Shown here in pieces: positions 57,994-64,000 of a DNA stretch of 64,000 nucleotides. This DNA comes from a virus, in the IMG/VR virus record IMGVR_UViG_3300002026_000015, positions 1 through 64,000 of that record; one strand, written 5' to 3'. The notes under the pieces were generated by a model. That model made no database searches and was not told the origin of the DNA. It saw only the letters and a list, made by a program, of their open reading frames with translations. The stretch's first letter is position 1. Each line of letters starts with the position of its first letter. The position numbers were made by a program, and so were the translations under genes.

Positions 57994-58787
57994 TATTTTA
58001 AGTATGTGGATTCGACAAAGACATCATTTATCAATGTTTGTTCGGTAGATATAAAATTCAAAGATGTACCATTTATAAATGTTTTAAGATATCTATAAAT
58101 TATCAACTTCTTCATTTTTATAGGAAAGTGTTCGAATCCTAATCGTATAGGAGATTTAAAATCCTCAGATCCTATAAATACATCAGCATAACCATTTTCG
58201 TCAAACATGTCATGTATAGATTTTATAGTTTCAGGATCATCAATCACAGACCTATCAAACTCATCGCAGTATAATGTAGACAATGAATTGTTTACAGTAT
58301 TTGGATCATCAGGATAATTTTTAGAAAAATTTGTACCATATACGACATCGATTCCTAAATCAATTCTATATGTATCTCGAGGCTTTTCAGGAGCATGTAT
58401 TTCAAATTTACAAATTTTATCAATTTGTTTTCTAAATTCCTTCAAATCTTCAACAACTATTGCGGACATTAGTAGATATTTAACAATTTTAAATGAATCG
58501 CTCTTATAATGATATTGTCGACAACAATATGTATCGAGTATATATGGTTTATCAGACTTAGTTATCATATTTCTAGAGTAATTCTTATCGTTATCTCCAA
58601 ACTCATCTAAATCGATATTATTTGGAATGTACATTGCAAAATGTATTTCTTTAGTTTTCTTTTCTATGAAGTGGATTAAATTTACAATTTGTCCAGATCT
58701 TTGATATTTAGATGCAGTGTCAGCAAACTTTTTTAAATCAATCTTATATTGAACAAGCTGATCTTTATCCATTTCGTGGTAAATCAT
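57993..58787 (-). CDS. hypothetical protein (late operon)
   Basis: 264 aa, ATGA overlap. Confidence 0.7.
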   Translation of the reverse strand: MIYHEMDKDQLVQYKIDLKKFADTASKYQRSGQIVNLIHFIEKKTKEIHFAMYIPNNIDLDEFGDNDKNYSRNMITKSDKPYILDTYCCRQYHYKSDSFKIVKYLLMSAIVVEDLKEFRKQIDKICKFEIHAPEKPRDTYRIDLGIDVVYGTNFSKNYPDDPNTVNNSLSTLYCDEFDRSVIDDPETIKSIHDMFDENGYADVFIGSEDFKSPIRLGFEHFPIKMKKLIIYRYLKTFINGTSLNFISTEQTLINDVFVESTYLK

Positions 58788-59206
58788 TTCTTGTCCCGGT
58801 TTCTTTCAATTTTTGTAATCAGAGTTGATACAAAATCTGAATCGGGAACCAATATTGATCCTGTGAAATCTTTGAAATCAAACCTTGACGTATACCCATT
58901 CATTGCAAGTATAAGATACCAATAATCTGTAGTGGAGTAATATGCTTTGGATAAATGCTGAGGATTTTGATAATATTTCTCAGCTTCTCCTTTAGAATTG
59001 AAAGTCATAGTATGCGCAGACTCAATTATACTTGGAAGATATGTAGTCAATAACTCAATATCCCACAATTTCAAATTGTATCTAGATCCTTCACCTTCAG
59101 AAAGCGTTGAAGTTGTTTCGCAAATATTTTCAAATTGTAGGGAATTTCCGGCAATTTGTTTATACGTACTTGTGAAATTTCCCTCTATTATACCTTTGTG
59201 TTTCAT
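58784..59206 (-). CDS. baseplate wedge-like protein (T4 gp53/LysM-like)
   Basis: Y..NP..LS..YY.T..YWYLIL..N motif. Confidence 0.65.
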   Translation of the reverse strand: MKHKGIIEGNFTSTYKQIAGNSLQFENICETTSTLSEGEGSRYNLKLWDIELLTTYLPSIIESAHTMTFNSKGEAEKYYQNPQHLSKAYYSTTDYWYLILAMNGYTSRFDFKDFTGSILVPDSDFVSTLITKIERNRDKK

Positions 59207-59207
59207 A

Positions 59208-60413
59208 TTATCCTTTAACCTTTGTTGTGATAAGTTTAGAACTCATAGAAGACAGTGTTGTAGTTGCCATAGGTGGAACAGGAAGTATAGGCACTGCCGC
59301 AACCGCATCCAATTGTGCACACATGACTGTGAGTAGTTGGATTAATTCGGGACCTTTAACTAAAGGTTTTCCTCCAGCCCCTTTGAAATTGGCTGTACCA
59401 TTTTTATCAATTTGAGGTTTTGGAGGTAGAGGTTTCTTACCACTAGGTGCTCCAAATCCCATTCCTCCAGGAACAACCATACCCGTTACAGTTAAAACTT
59501 TAGCGTCAGCTATTATTGTCGGAGATGTAACAGTTCTCATTTTATTGGTTATGTCAGCTTTCTGATAATCTTCGGTAATTTTTGTACCTTTAAGTGAAAG
59601 GTTTGTAATCTTACCGTCAAATTTCTTACTCTCCCACTCAACATTATCTATTTTGATAACACCTTTTTTACTTTCAATTTCAATATTATCGTCAGCACTT
59701 ATATACATCTTCTTCGCACTAATGTGAATCGCATCACCACTTAAAAGTATTGTACTCTCTGCTTCATTTATCATTGAAACTTCATCAGTCGATGTGGTTA
59801 TAGATATAGTTCGTTTACCATCTGTCAATGACATTTGTCCTGTAGAACCATCTATGATGATATCATACTCTGAAACTTCACCATTTTTCTTAGACATGTG
59901 AATTCTGATAACTTGGTTAACAGAGTCGTATCTATGATAATATGTGTTATCGTCAGACATATCTTCACCAGCATATTTTCCACTAGCAGGAATTGCAAAG
60001 TGTGCTATATCGGATGGTTTAAATTTAGACTGATCTCTACAGAATGGTTTTATATATAAACTATTGATATCCTGATCTAAAACACCAATTGTAACTTGTT
60101 CACCTTCAATAAGTCTTGGCATTGACATTCCATAAACTTTAGACATTGTAAGTTTTACAAAGTTTGATGTCGAGCATTTATCTGCTCCAAATTTCGTATT
60201 AACTTTATTCAAACACTTAGATATATCGAGTTTAACTTCTTCTTCAAATACTCCATCTTTTATAGGAATGCCCATCATAAGACGAGGAATATATATCCCA
60301 TATCTATTTTCACCAACATCATCGGCAGTTTTAAGAACTATACCGAGACTATTATCTCTATAAAGATCATAAGATCTTTTCAACAAAGCTTCTTTATAAT
60401 CTGCTAATTTCAT
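59208..60413 (-). CDS. baseplate central spike/hub-like protein
   Basis: N-terminal IYIPRLM..P...GE.V OB-like region, long beta-repeat region, PLVKG..L C-terminus; late promoter 60434-60445. Confidence 0.6.
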   Translation of the reverse strand: MKLADYKEALLKRSYDLYRDNSLGIVLKTADDVGENRYGIYIPRLMMGIPIKDGVFEEEVKLDISKCLNKVNTKFGADKCSTSNFVKLTMSKVYGMSMPRLIEGEQVTIGVLDQDINSLYIKPFCRDQSKFKPSDIAHFAIPASGKYAGEDMSDDNTYYHRYDSVNQVIRIHMSKKNGEVSEYDIIIDGSTGQMSLTDGKRTISITTSTDEVSMINEAESTILLSGDAIHISAKKMYISADDNIEIESKKGVIKIDNVEWESKKFDGKITNLSLKGTKITEDYQKADITNKMRTVTSPTIIADAKVLTVTGMVVPGGMGFGAPSGKKPLPPKPQIDKNGTANFKGAGGKPLVKGPELIQLLTVMCAQLDAVAAVPILPVPPMATTTLSSMSSKLITTKVKG

Positions 60414-60527
60414 ATTTACCTCTTTAGTTGTCACATTAGGATGTTTCAAGAGTACTTAATATAGATTTATTAACCTCAAGACATACCTATATATTAACAT
60501 ACGAGAACTATTATGAAGGGTAAGTAA

Positions 60528-61598
60528 ATGAATCACGAAGAATTTACGAAATTATTGATAGATGAATGTAAGCTACTTCCAGGATTCTATGAGAATAATT
60601 CACATATTAGAGTTCGTTGTCCAAACTGTGAAACTCATCGTACTGATGATAAAGAAGGTCACTTCTACATTAATAAACAAAAAGAAGGAAATCCTTCTTC
60701 ATGTAGAAAATGTGATTTAGCATTGATGACAATTACTCCTGAATTACTCCTTAAATTGAATATTGAAAACTCTGAGATATTAGAGTATGTAAAGAAGAAT
60801 TATAAGGAAATTCATACACATATCGTTAATCTTGATGAAAGAAATAAAAAACTTGACTACAGAATTCATACGGACATTAAAAATCATGAAATTAATAAAC
60901 TTAGATATCTTAATGATAGACTAGGACATGATTTTACTAAACCTGAAGAATTAGAAAAGTTTAGAATTGTTTCATCGTTTAAAAAGTTTCTAAAGCTTAA
61001 CAAAATCGATATCGAAACTCTTGAAGAAGTTGATAGACGTAAAATCGATATGATAGAGTCTTATTATGTAGGGTTTTTATCATACTTTGGAAACATAATA
61101 AATTTCAGAAGAATATTTGATTACGAGGATGGGACCGATCAGAAACTGAAACGATATGAAACAGTAGTCATCAATAGATCAATTAAGAGATCGTTCCTAT
61201 ATATACCGTCGACGAGCATTGATCCTCTAACAATGGATCCAAAAATAAATGTTTCAGAAGGACCTATAGATATCATTTCAATCTATTTAAATAATAGTCA
61301 ATTTGATAACAATAATGCGATATACGTTGCATCGAATTCTATAGGAGCTTTTAGAAGATCTATTATGAATGCTCTGTCTATATCTGGGTTCTTTGGTGCA
61401 TCCATCAATCTTTATCTCGATAATGATGATGGTGTCAAGAAAATCGGAGAATATGATTTTTCTAAGATCACTCATGCAATGATGGGTTTTGGAAGAAGTT
61501 TTAAAGTTACAGCGTTTGTTAACTTGGCAAGTAAAGATTTCGGAGATGTTAGTGAACCCATAGTTATTGGTAAGATGAATCTAACAAATTCACTATGA
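60528..61598 (+). CDS. DNA primase
   Basis: RCP.C...HFYI...C.KC zinc-binding domain; TOPRIM EGPID, YLDND, KDFG. Confidence 0.85.
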   Translation: MNHEEFTKLLIDECKLLPGFYENNSHIRVRCPNCETHRTDDKEGHFYINKQKEGNPSSCRKCDLALMTITPELLLKLNIENSEILEYVKKNYKEIHTHIVNLDERNKKLDYRIHTDIKNHEINKLRYLNDRLGHDFTKPEELEKFRIVSSFKKFLKLNKIDIETLEEVDRRKIDMIESYYVGFLSYFGNIINFRRIFDYEDGTDQKLKRYETVVINRSIKRSFLYIPSTSIDPLTMDPKINVSEGPIDIISIYLNNSQFDNNNAIYVASNSIGAFRRSIMNALSISGFFGASINLYLDNDDGVKKIGEYDFSKITHAMMGFGRSFKVTAFVNLASKDFGDVSEPIVIGKMNLTNSL

Positions 61599-61654
61599 AA
61601 AGTGTTTCAATTGTGAACTAATTAAAGTCCTTTAATTAAACTTTGGAGGTTTAT

Positions 61655-63094
61655 ATGATAAAGGAAATCGAAGCGAAGCAGAAGAAGCTTAAGGAGATCG
61701 GAATAATCCTTAAGAAACAGTATCGTGGAATTGATAAACAAATCGATTCGGTCATGGAAAAGATCGAAACGTGGTATATCTTTGACGACGTACTGTACAA
61801 ACCGACAGTTATCTGTTTGTGGGGATTAACAGGTATTGGTAAGACTGGACTTATCCGTGACCTTGTCAAACTCCTTGAAATGTATAACGTTTTCTGCGAG
61901 ATCGATGTATCCCGTACAACTGCTGCTGTAGATGGTCGTCGCAATAACTATCGTAGATTCTATGGAGAATCTCATAGTATTGCATCTCAACTGTTTGATG
62001 TGGTTGATGATACTCGTGAGAAGTGTATCCTTCTTGTTGATGAAGTTACGAAAATTGACTTCAAAAATAACAATGGTCGTTTCTCAGATCTTTGGAACCT
62101 TCTTAGTGACGGCCGTCTTGGTAATGGAGTTTCAACTCTTTCCAAGTATGATCAGTACATTGAAGATCTTGAAGATGAACTGAACAAATATGATTTGAAC
62201 AGTAGTCAATCCGCATTTGACAAAATGATGGAAGAAGCTAAACAGGCTGCAATGGCTGGTAATACCGCCCCGATGATGCCGTTCATGAATAATCAATGGA
62301 ACCCTTATACTCAACCTATTCCCGGAAATAAACGGTATTATATTTTGAGAGAGTTCCTTGACGTTAATAAGTTCGAAGATCTTAACCCTCTGTTCGATTT
62401 CATCGAATTTTCAGGTAATCCGCAGACGTCACTGTTCCCATTCGGGATCCGTGAAATGTATCGTACTGCTTGGGAAAATGGTAACTTCGAAAATCTTACA
62501 GATATTATCAAACAGCCGGGAATCGCTTATGTTCAACCCCTTCTTGCGATGGTGAAGAATATTCGCGAAAGAACTATCAAAGAAATGAGTGAAGTTGGAG
62601 GAGGACGCGATCCGCTTGTATTCTCCAAAATGCTTATCTTCATTGCCGGTAATGTTGATGGTCTTTACGAAGACCATAAGAATATCGAAATTGATGCTGA
62701 TGAACTTCATGCAAAGACGGATGATATTTCGCTTGATCTTCTCCGTGATGAACTTCTCAAAGTATTCAAACCTGAGGAAGTCGCTCGTCTTGGCGGAAAC
62801 CATATCGTTTATCCATCTCTTTCAAGAAATGCATTTGAGCAAATCATTAATGATAATCTCAAGCTGATTGAGGAAGATACTAAACGTACAACGGATATTA
62901 CAGTTTCTCTTCGTTCTAAGAAATTCGTAGATCACCTCTATAAAGTAGGAGTAATTCCTTCTCAAGGCGCTCGTCCACTTATTTCTCGAATTCAAACTGA
63001 AGTTTCCAAATTTCTTCCGAAACTTATTAAGATTGCAATCACTGGTGGCACTGATAAAATCAGTATTACACAGTTGAATGGGAATTTTCAATAA
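61655..63094 (+). CDS. Clp-type AAA+ ATPase (single, D2-like domain)
   Basis: GIDKQI, WGLTGIGKT, LLVDE, LLSDGR, IFIAGN, FKPEEVARLG and GARPL motifs. Confidence 0.85.
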   Translation: MIKEIEAKQKKLKEIGIILKKQYRGIDKQIDSVMEKIETWYIFDDVLYKPTVICLWGLTGIGKTGLIRDLVKLLEMYNVFCEIDVSRTTAAVDGRRNNYRRFYGESHSIASQLFDVVDDTREKCILLVDEVTKIDFKNNNGRFSDLWNLLSDGRLGNGVSTLSKYDQYIEDLEDELNKYDLNSSQSAFDKMMEEAKQAAMAGNTAPMMPFMNNQWNPYTQPIPGNKRYYILREFLDVNKFEDLNPLFDFIEFSGNPQTSLFPFGIREMYRTAWENGNFENLTDIIKQPGIAYVQPLLAMVKNIRERTIKEMSEVGGGRDPLVFSKMLIFIAGNVDGLYEDHKNIEIDADELHAKTDDISLDLLRDELLKVFKPEEVARLGGNHIVYPSLSRNAFEQIINDNLKLIEEDTKRTTDITVSLRSKKFVDHLYKVGVIPSQGARPLISRIQTEVSKFLPKLIKIAITGGTDKISITQLNGNFQ

Positions 63095-63102
63095 ATTGAT
63101 TG

Positions 63103-63134
63103 AAATAGGGGAGAAATCCCCTATTTCTTTTTTT
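63103..63134 (+). terminator. intrinsic terminator
   Basis: AAATAGGGGA-gaaa-TCCCCTATTT plus T tract. Confidence 0.8.
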
Positions 63135-63185
63135 TAACCTATTAACATTCATGTGAGAGTTATTTTATAAAAAGAAGGAAATAAC

Positions 63186-64000
63186 ATGAGTTTCAAGTTA
63201 AACGATCAACAAGAAGCTGCTGTATATAAAGCTTTGAATTGGTACTATCTTGAATCTCACAAACGACAACTGTTTGTCGTGGGAGGTTTGGCAGGTACTG
63301 GTAAAAGTACATGTTTGAGATCTATAATTGAAGCAATAGGTTTATCTACAAATAGTGTTTTATACTGCGCATTAACAGGTAAGGCTGTATCGGTTCTTCG
63401 AATGAAGGGTCATATGGCAAATACTATACATCGAAGTTTTTACAATGCTAAGCCTTATAAAAACTCAGTATTCTTTTCCAAGAAACAACTAATTCCAAAA
63501 AACATAAAACTTATAGTTATAGATGAATTTGGAATGGTCGGAGATTCACTAACGAATGATATACTATCATTCGGAGTTCCGGTTATTGCATTAGGGGATC
63601 CAGGGCAACTCCCTCCAGTCTTCGAGAAGAATACATTTATTGAAAATGAAGAAAATTTGGATGTGTTTCTAGATAAAGTTATGAGAACCGATGATACTTC
63701 AGGAATATTAACTTTAGCAATGATAGCTAGAAATAAAAAACCAATTCTTCCTGGAAATTATGGGTTCTCTAGAGCGTTAGAACTTGGAACTCAGATAAAA
63801 CCAATGTTAGATTACAATAAGGTTTTATGTTGGACAAATAAAACTAGAAAACATCTAAACTCTCATATCCGTGAACAACTTGGTATAACTTCAAAGTATC
63901 CTGTTAAAGGTGAGAAGGTTATGTTTCTAGGAAATAGGTATGACAAATCTATCGAATATCTTGGAATAGAACTTTGTATAGTAAATGGAATGGAATGTGA
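63186..64000 (+). CDS. Dda/RecD-like SF1B helicase (partial, runs off window)
   Basis: Hand translation: LNDQQ, GLAGTGKST, ALTGKA, TIH, IDE..MV, GDPGQLPPV. Confidence 0.9.
   Translation, partial: MSFKLNDQQEAAVYKALNWYYLESHKRQLFVVGGLAGTGKSTCLRSIIEAIGLSTNSVLYCALTGKAVSVLRMKGHMANTIHRSFYNAKPYKNSVFFSKKQLIPKNIKLIVIDEFGMVGDSLTNDILSFGVPVIALGDPGQLPPVFEKNTFIENEENLDVFLDKVMRTDDTSGILTLAMIARNKKPILPGNYGFSRALELGTQIKPMLDYNKVLCWTNKTRKHLNSHIREQLGITSKYPVKGEKVMFLGNRYDKSIEYLGIELCIVNGMEC

Noticed and set aside
1-64000. CRISPR arrays, tRNA or rRNA genes
   Set aside because: No regularly spaced direct repeats and no cloverleaf with a TTC loop seen in the few non-coding gaps; checked by eye only.
1-64000. Stop-codon reassignment (alternative genetic code)
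   Set aside because: Core genes are full-length in code 11, and TAA, TAG and TGA all end genes. The breaks seen are frameshifts or a single TAA.

Overview
This window is a 64-kb segment of an AT-rich jumbo phage genome that looks phiKZ/AR9(PBS1)-like and uses the standard genetic code. Core genes recognised from motifs: terminase large subunit, probable major capsid protein, prohead protease, head-completion protein, baseplate wedge and spike-like proteins, class II (B12-dependent) ribonucleotide reductase (frameshifted), SbcC/Rad50 ATPase, NAD+-dependent DNA ligase, primase, Clp-type AAA+ ATPase, Dda/RecD-like helicase and possibly an RNA polymerase subunit fragment. Long runs of small hypothetical genes lie between them. 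Two promoter classes are visible. An early-type TATATT(W)A..ATG motif precedes mostly + strand genes, and a late-type RACA-N6-TR motif matching the AR9 late consensus precedes virion genes. Best leads: (1) a canonical -1 programmed frameshift signal giving a 203-aa extension to a 714-aa late protein; (2) a repeated ~100-bp promoter plus covarying-hairpin leader that heads unrelated single-gene cassettes; (3) a Crn4-like candidate anti-CRISPR ring nuclease flanked on both sides by highly structured non-coding sequence; (4) an acidic HU-fold protein that has lost its DNA-binding arm residues; (5) a phage M32 carboxypeptidase. All family assignments come from motif recognition by eye; no searches were run.
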